A DNA stretch of 30,009 nt from a virus (lineage: Duplodnaviria > Caudoviricetes), in IMG/VR virus record IMGVR_UViG_3300020161_002680, positions 1-30,009 of that record. One strand, given 5' to 3'. The notes beneath the pieces were generated by a model. It searched no databases. It was not told the DNA's origin and saw only the letters and a program-made list of their open reading frames with translations. Below are positions 19,285-27,452 of this stretch, one piece after another; within the stretch, counting starts at the first letter, position 1; each line of letters begins with the position of its first letter. The translations under genes and the position numbers were made by a program.

Positions 19285-20988
19285 ATGGCAAAGTTATTTG
19301 GATTTTCTATTGAAGATGATGATAAATTATCACCGTCCACTCTATCCCCCATTCCTCGTAACAACGAGGATGGGGTTGATCATTATTTAACTAGTGGTTT
19401 CTTTGGTTCATATGTAGACATAGAGGGAGTATATAGAACAGAATTTGATTTAATAAAAAGATATAGGGAAATGTCACTTCACCCAGAAGTAGACACTGCA
19501 ATTGAGCATATTGTAAACGAAGCTATAGTTTCGGACACAAATGATTCTCCAATTCAAATTGAACTATCTAATCTTAATGCCAGTGATGGAATAAAGCAAA
19601 AAATAAGAGAAGAATTTAAATATATACTAGAACTTTTAGATTTTGATAAAAAATCTCACGAAATTTATAGAAATTGGTATATAGATGGAAGATTATATTA
19701 TCATAAAGTAATCGATCTAAAGAATCCACAAGCTGGAATTCAGGAATTAAGATACATTGACGCAATGAAAATGCGTTATGTAAGGCAAGAAAAGAAAAAT
19801 AAAAAAAATGAAGATGGATATACCGCAAGAAAAGGATTATATGGGGAACAAAATCCATTAGATTTTAAATTTCCAGAAATTGAAGAATATTTTATTTATG
19901 ACCCAAAGTCATCATATCCAATTGGTGGTGGCGTAAAAGATATTCCAGGGGCAGCCAATGATAAGGGAGTTAAAATTGCAAAAGATGCAATAACATATTG
20001 TACATCTGGATTAGTAGATAGAAATAAAGGAACTACTCTTTCTTATTTGAATAAAGCAATTAAAGCAGTCAATCAATTAAGAATGATTGAAGATTCTTTG
20101 GTTATTTACCGGCTTTCTAGAGCACCAGAAAGAAGAATATTTTATATTGATGTTGGCAATCTACCTAAAGTTAAGGCAGAACAATATCTTCGTGATGTCA
20201 TGATGAGATATCGTAACAAACTTGTTTATGATGCATCTACTGGAGAAATAAGAGATGACAAAAAATTTATGAGTATGTTGGAAGATTTCTGGCTACCAAG
20301 AAGAGAGGGAGGAAGAGGAACAGAAATTACTACTCTTCCTGGTGGACAAAACTTGGGAGAAATCACTGATATTAATTATTTTCAAAAAAAATTATATGAG
20401 TCACTGAACGTTCCTGCATCTAGAGTTGCTGGGGATGGTGGATTCAATTTAGGTAGATCTTCCGAAATTTTAAGAGATGAGGTAATGTTCAGTAAATTTG
20501 TAGGAAGATTAAGAAAAAGATTTTCCACAATGTTTAGTGATATGCTAAAAACTCAATTAATTCTTAAAAATATAATTACTCCAGAAGATTGGAAAGTAAT
20601 GAGTGAGCATATTCAGTATGATTTTCTATATGATAATCATTTTGCGGAATTAAAAGAATCCGAACTATTAACAGAACGTCTGAATATGGTATCTTTGGCC
20701 GAGCCATATGTTGGAAAATATTTCTCACAAGATTATTTGAGAAGAAAGATACTAAGACAGACAGATCAAGAAATAGTAGAACAGAATACAATTATGAAAA
20801 AAGAAATAGAAGATGGAATTATTCCAGATCCAAATGAACCGATAGATCCACAGACTGGAATGCCAATCTCTGATATGGGTGGAATGACAGATGCCGGAAA
20901 CAATATTAATGGAGAATCTGGCAAAGTTCCTATAAATCCAGAACCATCCGAAAAGGCAGTTGAAATGCCCAAAGGCGGAATAATCTAA
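19285..20988 (+). CDS. gp20: Portal protein gp20
   Basis: YRLSRAPERRIFYIDVGNLPK, MLEDFWLPRREGGRGTEITTLPGGQNLG. Confidence 0.97.
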   Translation: MAKLFGFSIEDDDKLSPSTLSPIPRNNEDGVDHYLTSGFFGSYVDIEGVYRTEFDLIKRYREMSLHPEVDTAIEHIVNEAIVSDTNDSPIQIELSNLNASDGIKQKIREEFKYILELLDFDKKSHEIYRNWYIDGRLYYHKVIDLKNPQAGIQELRYIDAMKMRYVRQEKKNKKNEDGYTARKGLYGEQNPLDFKFPEIEEYFIYDPKSSYPIGGGVKDIPGAANDKGVKIAKDAITYCTSGLVDRNKGTTLSYLNKAIKAVNQLRMIEDSLVIYRLSRAPERRIFYIDVGNLPKVKAEQYLRDVMMRYRNKLVYDASTGEIRDDKKFMSMLEDFWLPRREGGRGTEITTLPGGQNLGEITDINYFQKKLYESLNVPASRVAGDGGFNLGRSSEILRDEVMFSKFVGRLRKRFSTMFSDMLKTQLILKNIITPEDWKVMSEHIQYDFLYDNHFAELKESELLTERLNMVSLAEPYVGKYFSQDYLRRKILRQTDQEIVEQNTIMKKEIEDGIIPDPNEPIDPQTGMPISDMGGMTDAGNNINGESGKVPINPEPSEKAVEMPKGGII

Positions 20989-20991
20989 ATA
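20985..20991 (+). promoter_or_regulatory. Putative late promoter (49-aa ORF)
   Basis: CTAAATA overlapping the gp20 stop, 23 nt before ATG 21015. Confidence 0.6.
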
Positions 20992-21014
20992 GAGTATAAT
21001 TTATATTAAAAATT

Positions 21015-21164
21015 ATGGAAGAATTACTAGATATGATAGTCTCTGATGAGTCACCATCACAAATAAGTGATAGAATCAAAGACATTTTATATGCAAAATC
21101 TGCAGATAAAATAGATCAACTTAAACCTCAAGTCGCAGCCAGTCTTTTTAGTGGAGATGAATGA
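21015..21164 (+). CDS. Small conserved protein after gp20 (49 aa, absent from the ORF track; occupies the position of T4 prohead core gene 67)
   Basis: Manual translation gives MEELLDMIVSDESPSQISDRIKDILYAKSADKIDQLKPQVAASLFSGDE*. It has a late-promoter-like motif upstream and an ATGA overlap with the next gene. Confidence 0.75.
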   Translation: MEELLDMIVSDESPSQISDRIKDILYAKSADKIDQLKPQVAASLFSGDE

Positions 21165-21412
21165 TGGCAATAAAAATTTTATCCCCAGAAATTAATGTTG
21201 GAATAAGCACAACAGTATATGATGCATCTGTTGTTCGTTTATATAATAGTTCAGGTTCTGTTGGAGTAGTTACTAGAACAGATTCCAATTCAACTACAAT
21301 TGGTAATTTTACCATGTATGGAGGAGAAGTTATATACGCACAAAAAGATTATTCCGACAAATTCATAGGTCCAGCTACAGTGAAAGCAGTTAAAGTTGCA
21401 TTTGGCAATTGA
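21161..21412 (+). CDS. Small hypothetical protein, probably structural (83 aa)
   Basis: GGAG Shine-Dalgarno, coupled start, beta-rich sequence, location between gp20 and gp21. Confidence 0.7.
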   Translation: MMAIKILSPEINVGISTTVYDASVVRLYNSSGSVGVVTRTDSNSTTIGNFTMYGGEVIYAQKDYSDKFIGPATVKAVKVAFGN

Positions 21413-21439
21413 TAATAAAATATTAGGTAATTAAATTTA

Positions 21440-21446
21440 ATAAATA
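21440..21446 (+). promoter_or_regulatory. Putative late promoter (gp21)
   Basis: Intergenic ATAAATA, 21 nt before the ATG. Confidence 0.65.
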
Positions 21447-21467
21447 TTAGTACTAAGTATAAAAATC

Positions 21468-22112
21468 ATGAAACTAATTACAGAAGAAGTATCTAAAGTA
21501 AAATTTATTACCGAAGAAAAAAACGGAAAAAAATCACTGTATATTGAAGGTATCTTTCTACAGGGCGACATAAAAAATCGCAACGGTAGATGCTATCCAA
21601 TGGAAACTTTATCTAAAGAAGTTGGTAGATATACTGATAATTATATCAATAAAGGAAGAGCATTGGGGGAACTGGGACACCCAGAAGGCCCCACTGTTAA
21701 TTTGGATAGAGTATCCCATATGATCACTTCTTTAAAAGAAAGTGGTTCAAATTATATTGGAAAAGCAAAAATTCTTGATACTCCCATGGGAAAAATTGCA
21801 TCTTCATTGATTAACGAGGGAGTAAAACTAGGGGTATCATCTCGTGGAATTGGTTCTTTAGTTGAAAGAAATGGAGTTCGTTATGTTTCTGATGATTTTA
21901 TGTTGGCAACTGCTGCTGATATAGTAGCAGATCCATCTGCTCCAGATGCGTTTGTCAACGGAATCATGGAGGGAGTTGAGTGGGTATATGATGCATCTAG
22001 AAATTCTTGGTTGATTGATCAAACAAGAAAACAAATCAATGATCTCGTAGAATCCAAAAGATTAGAAGAGAAAAAATTAGAATTGTTCAATGAATTTTTA
22101 AATTCGTTGTAA
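21468..22112 (+). CDS. gp21: Prohead protease gp21
   Basis: MKLITE, IEGIFLQ, RALGELGHP, LGVSSRGIGSL, ADIVADPSAPDAFV. Confidence 0.96.
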   Translation: MKLITEEVSKVKFITEEKNGKKSLYIEGIFLQGDIKNRNGRCYPMETLSKEVGRYTDNYINKGRALGELGHPEGPTVNLDRVSHMITSLKESGSNYIGKAKILDTPMGKIASSLINEGVKLGVSSRGIGSLVERNGVRYVSDDFMLATAADIVADPSAPDAFVNGIMEGVEWVYDASRNSWLIDQTRKQINDLVESKRLEEKKLELFNEFLNSL

Positions 22113-22123
22113 TTATTAAAATA

Positions 22124-22134
22124 CTAAATAAATA
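22124..22134 (+). promoter_or_regulatory. Putative overlapping late promoters (gp22-gp23)
   Basis: CTAAATAAATA, i.e. overlapping CTAAATA and ATAAATA. Confidence 0.7.
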
Positions 22135-22166
22135 TAGATTTAATACAGGTAAATCGGAGAGTTCAA

Positions 22167-23330
22167 ATGTCTCGTGGTAAAAATTTACAAGAAATGGAAG
22201 TGGGCACAAAGCAATCCAAATCTGCTGTCAATGCGAATGCAAGAGCAGCAGAACCAATGCCTAAATTGACTACTGGTATTCCTGCTGGTCAGTCTGGTAA
22301 TTGGGAAGATTTGGGTGGTCCTACTCCAGATAACTATAGACCAGATGATAGTTCCGCAGAACTAAAGGATGCTGGTGCTGGACTACAACAAGTAAAGAAC
22401 GTAGTCAATAAAAGCGCAAAGGCTGCAGATCCAATGCAATCCATGCCAAATCCTCTTAAAGAAAATGAAGAGGATGAGTATGAAGAAGAAGATTATATCG
22501 AAGAAGAAGCAGAAGACGAAGAGTCTTATGATGTAGAAGACGAAGAAGATCTTGACGAAGAAGATCTTGACGATGAAGAAGATGGAGAAGAATTAGAAGA
22601 GGATTTTGATATCGATGAAGATATTGAAGCTCTTATCGGTAGCGAAGAGCTATCCGAAGAATTCAAAGAAAAAACCAAAACTATTTTTGAGGCAGCACTT
22701 CGCTCAAGAGTTTCTTATATTCGTGAAGAACTGGAAGCAGTTTATGAAGAAAGGCTTATTGAAGAAGTCGAAGAAATTAAAGAAACACTAGAAGATCGTA
22801 TTGATTCTTATCTAGAATATGTTGCAGATGAGTGGATGAAAGAAAATAACCTTGCTGTCGAATATGGCATTAAGGAAGAGCTTTCTGAATCCTTCTTGTC
22901 TGGTATGAAGAATCTTTTTGAAGAACATTATGTACAACTCCCTGAAGAAAAATATGATGTACTAGAGAGCATGGTAGAAAAACTTGATGAAATGGAAACA
23001 AAACTCAACGAGCAAATTGAGAAAAATATTAACTTAAACAATCGTCTTTCAGAGTCGGTTGCTGTAAGAATCTTTGATTATGTATCTGAGGGTCTAGCGA
23101 CTACTCAAAAAGAAAAGCTCGCTTCACTTGCCGAAAGTGTTGAGTTTGAGAGTGAAAAAGAATATCGTGAAAAACTGGAGATCTTAAGGGAATCTTTTTT
23201 CCCAACCAAAAAAGCAGCTCCAATATCACAACCTGAAACTCTTTCAGAGGGTGTATCCAATCTAACCGAGTCCTACTCTGGTTCTATGGGCGCATATTTG
23301 AAGGCAGCTTCATTGTTGTCAATTAATTGA
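22167..23330 (+). CDS. gp22: Prohead core scaffold protein gp22
   Basis: Acidic coiled coil with LSEEFKEKTKTIFEAA and DSYLEYVADEW; lies between gp21 and gp23. Confidence 0.93.
   Translation: MSRGKNLQEMEVGTKQSKSAVNANARAAEPMPKLTTGIPAGQSGNWEDLGGPTPDNYRPDDSSAELKDAGAGLQQVKNVVNKSAKAADPMQSMPNPLKENEEDEYEEEDYIEEEAEDEESYDVEDEEDLDEEDLDDEEDGEELEEDFDIDEDIEALIGSEELSEEFKEKTKTIFEAALRSRVSYIREELEAVYEERLIEEVEEIKETLEDRIDSYLEYVADEWMKENNLAVEYGIKEELSESFLSGMKNLFEEHYVQLPEEKYDVLESMVEKLDEMETKLNEQIEKNINLNNRLSESVAVRIFDYVSEGLATTQKEKLASLAESVEFESEKEYREKLEILRESFFPTKKAAPISQPETLSEGVSNLTESYSGSMGAYLKAASLLSIN
22539..22573 (+). repeat. In-frame 15-bp tandem repeat in the gp22 acidic tract (DEEDL x2)
   Basis: gacgaagaagatctt repeated twice, plus a partial copy. 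Confidence 0.8.
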
Positions 23331-23380
23331 TTTTAATATTAATCAAACAAAAACAAACACATTTAACGAGGTAAACGCAA

Positions 23381-24790
23381 ATGTTCCAATCCGAGCATCT
23401 GCAAGAAAAGTGGGCACCGCTTCTTAACTTTGATGGTCTTGATCCAATCAGAGATTCTCATCGTAGAGCAGTAACCGCAGTCTTGCTAGAAAACCAAGAA
23501 AATTTCTTACGTCAAGAACAAGCCTTCAATACTGGGGTATTGATGGAATCCCCAACCATGTCCGCTAACTCTGCTGGTGCAGGTGGTGGTTTTGGTGGCA
23601 ATGCAACCGCAGGTGGTCCAGTTGCAGGTTTCGATCCTGTTCTGATCTCCCTAATTCGTCGTTCCATGCCTAACTTGGTCGCTTATGACCTAGCTGGCGT
23701 TCAACCAATGACTGGTCCTACCGGACTAATTTTCGCAATGCGTTCACGTTATACCAACCAAAGTGGCGCTGAAACCTTCTTCGATGAAGTCGATACCACA
23801 TTCTCCGGTCAGGACAGTGGTTTCGATCTCACTGGTGGTTTCACCGATCCAGTAGTTGGTATGGGTACAACCAACAATGCAAACTCTGGAACCAATCCTG
23901 GCCTACTAAACCCAGTTGGTACTGCATCTTCAACTGCATATCAAGTTGGTCAAGGTATGAGAACCGGAGATTCCGAGAATCTCGGCAATGGTACCGGAAA
24001 CCAGTTCAATGAAATGGCATTCTCCATCGAGAAAGTTCTCGTTGAAGCTAAGAGCCGTGCATTGAAAGCTGAGTATAGCCTTGAGCTTTCTCAGGACTTA
24101 AAAGCCATTCATGGTTTGAATGCAGAAGCGGAACTCGCAAATATTCTCTCAACCGAGATTCTTGCTGAGATTAACCGTGAAGTCATTCGTACCATCTATA
24201 AAGTTGCTGAGCAAGGCGCCGCAACTAATGTTGCAACTCCTGGTGTATTTGACTTAGACATCGACTCCAATGGTCGTTGGTCAGTTGAAAAGTTCAAGGG
24301 TCTTCTTTTCCAAATCGAGCGTGATGCTAACGCAATCGCACAAAGAACTCGTAGAGGGAAGGGCAATGTTATCATGTGTTCCGCTGATGTAGCTTCTGCT
24401 CTCACCATGGCTGGAGTACTTGATTACACCCCTGCACTTAACGCAAATCTTAACGTTGATGACACTGGCAATACCTTTGCTGGTGTTCTAATGGGCAAAT
24501 TCCGTGTCTATATCGACCCATATTCCGCTAACGTATCTGCAAACCAGTACTACGTTGTTGGCTATAAGGGAACCTCTCCTTATGACGCTGGACTTTTCTA
24601 TTGTCCTTATGTTCCTCTCCAAATGGTACGTGCCGTTGGTGAGAACACCTTCCAGCCAAAAATCGGCTTTAAGACTAGATATGGTCTTGTTGCTAACCCA
24701 TTTGCTGAAGGTCTCGATAAAGGACTTGGTCGCCTACAAATTAACGCAAACCGTTACTACAGAAGAGTACAAGTCAAGAACCTTATGTGA
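23381..24790 (+). CDS. gp23: Major capsid protein gp23
   Basis: LQEKWAPLL, GVQPMTGPTGLIFAMR, KSRALKAEYS, FYCPYVPLQM, FQPKIGFKTRYG; GAGG Shine-Dalgarno. Confidence 0.98.
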   Translation: MFQSEHLQEKWAPLLNFDGLDPIRDSHRRAVTAVLLENQENFLRQEQAFNTGVLMESPTMSANSAGAGGGFGGNATAGGPVAGFDPVLISLIRRSMPNLVAYDLAGVQPMTGPTGLIFAMRSRYTNQSGAETFFDEVDTTFSGQDSGFDLTGGFTDPVVGMGTTNNANSGTNPGLLNPVGTASSTAYQVGQGMRTGDSENLGNGTGNQFNEMAFSIEKVLVEAKSRALKAEYSLELSQDLKAIHGLNAEAELANILSTEILAEINREVIRTIYKVAEQGAATNVATPGVFDLDIDSNGRWSVEKFKGLLFQIERDANAIAQRTRRGKGNVIMCSADVASALTMAGVLDYTPALNANLNVDDTGNTFAGVLMGKFRVYIDPYSANVSANQYYVVGYKGTSPYDAGLFYCPYVPLQMVRAVGENTFQPKIGFKTRYGLVANPFAEGLDKGLGRLQINANRYYRRVQVKNLM

Positions 24791-24816
24791 TTTCCATTTT
24801 TTGATTGGAATGTTCG

Positions 24817-24839
24817 AGGGACCTTCGGGTCCCTTTTTT
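24817..24839 (+). terminator. Rho-independent terminator after gp23
   Basis: agggacc-TTCG-ggtccct stem with a C(UUCG)G tetraloop, followed by a T-run. Confidence 0.92.
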
Positions 24840-26340
24840 ATTGCAATCCAAAAGCCAAGGTTCCACAATCAAATATTTTATTGTACCCAAGTTCTCTAGC
24901 CTTTTCGTACTCAGTACAATTATATGCACCAATATATTTTCGTTGGAACTTCATTCTATTATATCGTTTAATATAATTTTTATCAACATAATAATATGAT
25001 GGTGAATTGATATGAATAAGTTTAAATCCATTATGTTGATATACATTCCCATTTGAGTAACGTCTATCCGCATATGAAATAATAGAACCTGAATTATTTC
25101 TCCTAAAATTAGATAAAAGTTTAGAGAAACCCCCAACCACATTATATCCTGATTTTGTACAAAATCTTGATAATTCCCAATCATAATTTTTATTAAATCT
25201 TGCTTTCGTAAATGTCATTACGCAAACTATTTCATTATTATAAAATAATCCCAATTTTATTTTACTTCTGTCTTCCCCTTGCATATGATATTGATTGAGA
25301 AATGTTGTTTTAGTGTGAGTATCCAGTTCAATTATTTTGCATTTTCTTGCATATATTTTTTGGTTTAATTCAAGTTTACTTTTTATAACTGATTGCACTA
25401 TTTCTTTTCTTAGTAACCATTCGTCACTATATAAGTGTATTAATTGAATTCCATTTTCTTCACATGTTATTGTTTTGTTTAAATGATATTTTGGTCCTTT
25501 TATTAATGAATCCGTAGCTTCCCATGGTTTATACGAATGTGAATATAGTCCATTATATTCTATTGCTATATTTTTATCTGGAAGATAAATATCTAATTCT
25601 CTTCCCTTTAACACTGATCTATTTGAAATTTGTATTTTCCCGTCATATATTGATTGAATGTAGAGTAAAAGACTTTCTTCTTCTTTGCTTACATTGTTTA
25701 CTTTTCTCTCATATTCATTAGGGTTTCTGGTTTCAATGCCATAAAATCTCAACCATTTTGATACCGTTGATTTTGTGCTTGATATTTTATCTGCGATATT
25801 TTCACAAGTTAATCCAGAATCATAAAGTTGTTTTAATTTTTCTTTATTTTGTAATACTAAATTGGCAGTATTATTTCTTCTTCTACCATCAAACATGGTA
25901 TCAATTTGATGGTACTTGAGCCATTTTTGAACTGGAATATAAGATATGTTCAATTCATTTCCTATACATTCTACCGATTTTTGTTTTACTATTCTTTCTT
26001 GATATAGCCAATCTTTATCTTGCAATTTGGATAATATTTCTTTTGGTATGGTTTTATCTTTTCTGGAGCAATCCGGCCCAGAATATTCTCTAAATCCATT
26101 GATTGCGTATGTCAAATCCAATGCTGACAGTTTATTACACCCACATTTGCATCTCGGTATAGTCTCTTCCGTAATATCATTTAATATTACATAGGCACGG
26201 TTTCTCAATTGAATTTTGGGATAATAATTATCCAAAAAAGAAGTTTCATTTATTATTTTATTTTTTATTTCAGTATCCAAAGATAAAGATATAAAATCTT
26301 TTTTACTCCATTTTTTTTCTATAATTTCCTTCAGGTTCAT
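24838..26340 (-). CDS. Free-standing Hef-like endonuclease: HTH repeats, Vsr-like PD-(D/E)xK domain and a C-terminal GNAT/Mom-like domain (about 500 aa)
   Basis: Two HTH-like repeats (SVECIGNELNISYIPVQKWL; TCENIADKISSTKSTVSKWL), nuclease motif ELDIYLPDKNIAIEYNGLYSH...LIHLYSDEW, and C-domain ELSRFC...VVGGFSKLL...ISYAD...GNVY. ATG 26340 is preferred because promoter motifs lie between it and the TTG at 26400. Confidence 0.75.
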   Translation of the reverse strand: MNLKEIIEKKWSKKDFISLSLDTEIKNKIINETSFLDNYYPKIQLRNRAYVILNDITEETIPRCKCGCNKLSALDLTYAINGFREYSGPDCSRKDKTIPKEILSKLQDKDWLYQERIVKQKSVECIGNELNISYIPVQKWLKYHQIDTMFDGRRRNNTANLVLQNKEKLKQLYDSGLTCENIADKISSTKSTVSKWLRFYGIETRNPNEYERKVNNVSKEEESLLLYIQSIYDGKIQISNRSVLKGRELDIYLPDKNIAIEYNGLYSHSYKPWEATDSLIKGPKYHLNKTITCEENGIQLIHLYSDEWLLRKEIVQSVIKSKLELNQKIYARKCKIIELDTHTKTTFLNQYHMQGEDRSKIKLGLFYNNEIVCVMTFTKARFNKNYDWELSRFCTKSGYNVVGGFSKLLSNFRRNNSGSIISYADRRYSNGNVYQHNGFKLIHINSPSYYYVDKNYIKRYNRMKFQRKYIGAYNCTEYEKARELGYNKIFDCGTLAFGLQ

Positions 26341-26362
26341 ACATACCAAGTCAATATTGGTT

Positions 26363-26391
26363 ATCTTACCATATTTATTAATCCTTGTCAA
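26363..26391 (-). promoter_or_regulatory. Sigma70-type promoter with a nested late-promoter motif, upstream of the Hef-like gene
   Basis: Minus strand reads TTGACA-17 nt-TAAGAT with an extended -10 TG; the spacer contains ATAAATA (26372-26378). Confidence 0.72.
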
Positions 26392-26408
26392 CCCCCTCAA
26401 CAGATTTC

Positions 26409-26415
26409 ATAAATA
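26409..26415 (+). promoter_or_regulatory. Putative late promoter (gp3)
   Basis: ATAAATA 11 nt before the ATG. Confidence 0.65.
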
Positions 26416-26426
26416 GTTAAAAAACC

Positions 26427-26996
26427 ATGGCAAGTATTTGCGAAAATCAAATAGAAAATAGAAATTTTCTATTACCAACACAATTTATATTTACTTTAAA
26501 TAGGGCACCTAAGGTCTCATTCTTTGCGAATTCGGCGAATATTCCTTCAATGACTTTAGGTATTGCGGTCCAACCGACATACCTAGAAAATATTGCACAA
26601 CCAGGAGACAAAATATCATTTGAAGATTTAAGCCTTAGATTTTTGGTTGATGAAAATTTGGAAAATTATATGGAAATATGCAATTGGATAAAAGGACTTG
26701 GATATCCAGAAACATTAGATCAAATTTATATATTACAACAACAAAATAAAAATATTGCAAATAACATAAGATCCAAAATGAATATCTATTCTGATGGAAC
26801 TTTACAAATATTAAGCAGTAGCCAAAAACCAAATTTTCAAGTAAAATTTTATGATCTCTTCCCATACGACTTGACTACTTTATTGTTTGATGCTACAATA
26901 ACAGATGCTGACCCCTTTACTGCGGAAGTAAAATTTAAATACACATATTACGAAATTACTGATAATTTGGGAAATAAACTTTATGAATATAAATGA
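26427..26996 (+). CDS. gp3: Tail tube terminator / tail completion protein gp3
   Basis: NRNFL, PKVSFFANSANIP, PGDKISFEDLSLRFLVDENLENY, FYDLFP; usual cyanophage position between gp23 and uvsY. Confidence 0.88.
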   Translation: MASICENQIENRNFLLPTQFIFTLNRAPKVSFFANSANIPSMTLGIAVQPTYLENIAQPGDKISFEDLSLRFLVDENLENYMEICNWIKGLGYPETLDQIYILQQQNKNIANNIRSKMNIYSDGTLQILSSSQKPNFQVKFYDLFPYDLTTLLFDATITDADPFTAEVKFKYTYYEITDNLGNKLYEYK

Positions 26997-27408
26997 ATTG
27001 CAGGATATGTGGAGAGAAGACTCCAAAATTAGTATGGGAAATTTACAAGAAGAATCACTAAGAGTCCCAGAATTACATTCCAAATATTATGATATTTTAA
27101 ATAATTTACGTTTACTAAAAGCAAAAGCAATAGAAGATAGAAAACATACAAAAAAAAGAAAGAATGATTTATTCACTGGAAAGGGAAATTATCCAATAGA
27201 AGAAATACCAAACGAATTGTACAAAGCAAAATCAGAAGATTTAAAGGCAGCAATAGATGGGGATCAAGAATATTCAAAACTAACTTTAAAAATTGAATAC
27301 TACGAATCCATGTTAGATTTTGTTTATGATATACTAAAAATGATTCACAATAGAACTTATCAAATTAAAAACTGCATAGATGTACAAAAATTTTTAGCTG
27401 GATTTTAA
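26983..27408 (+). CDS. uvsY: Recombination mediator UvsY
   Basis: MWREDSKI...ESLRVPELHSKY...IHNRTYQIKNCID; directly upstream of uvsW. Confidence 0.88.
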   Translation: MNINELQDMWREDSKISMGNLQEESLRVPELHSKYYDILNNLRLLKAKAIEDRKHTKKRKNDLFTGKGNYPIEEIPNELYKAKSEDLKAAIDGDQEYSKLTLKIEYYESMLDFVYDILKMIHNRTYQIKNCIDVQKFLAGF

Positions 27409-27424
27409 TCTTAATTTTTTCTTC

Positions 27425-27431
27425 ATAAATA
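27425..27431 (+). promoter_or_regulatory. Putative late promoter (uvsW)
   Basis: Intergenic ATAAATA, 21 nt before the ATG. Confidence 0.65.
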
Positions 27432-27452
27432 TATAAAACGAATAGTTATATT

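Noticed and set aside
679-20972. Many minus-strand ORFs of 60-184 aa (e.g. 2869-3423, 9240-9566, 14992-15249)
   Set aside because: They lie antisense to well-conserved genes, have no recognisable motifs, and are expected shadows of codon bias.
23381-24790. Higher GC of gp23 as evidence of horizontal transfer
   Set aside because: It is consistent with codon bias of a highly expressed capsid gene, and synteny is normal.
22606-25721. Alternative-frame ORFs at 22606, 24196, 24504, 24805, 24951 and 25524
   Set aside because: They overlap gp22, gp23 or the endonuclease, some cross the terminator, and none looks protein-like.
26341-26400. TTG start at 26400 for the Hef-like ORF (520 aa)
   Set aside because: The extra 20 codons overlap the predicted promoter elements, so ATG 26340 is more plausible.
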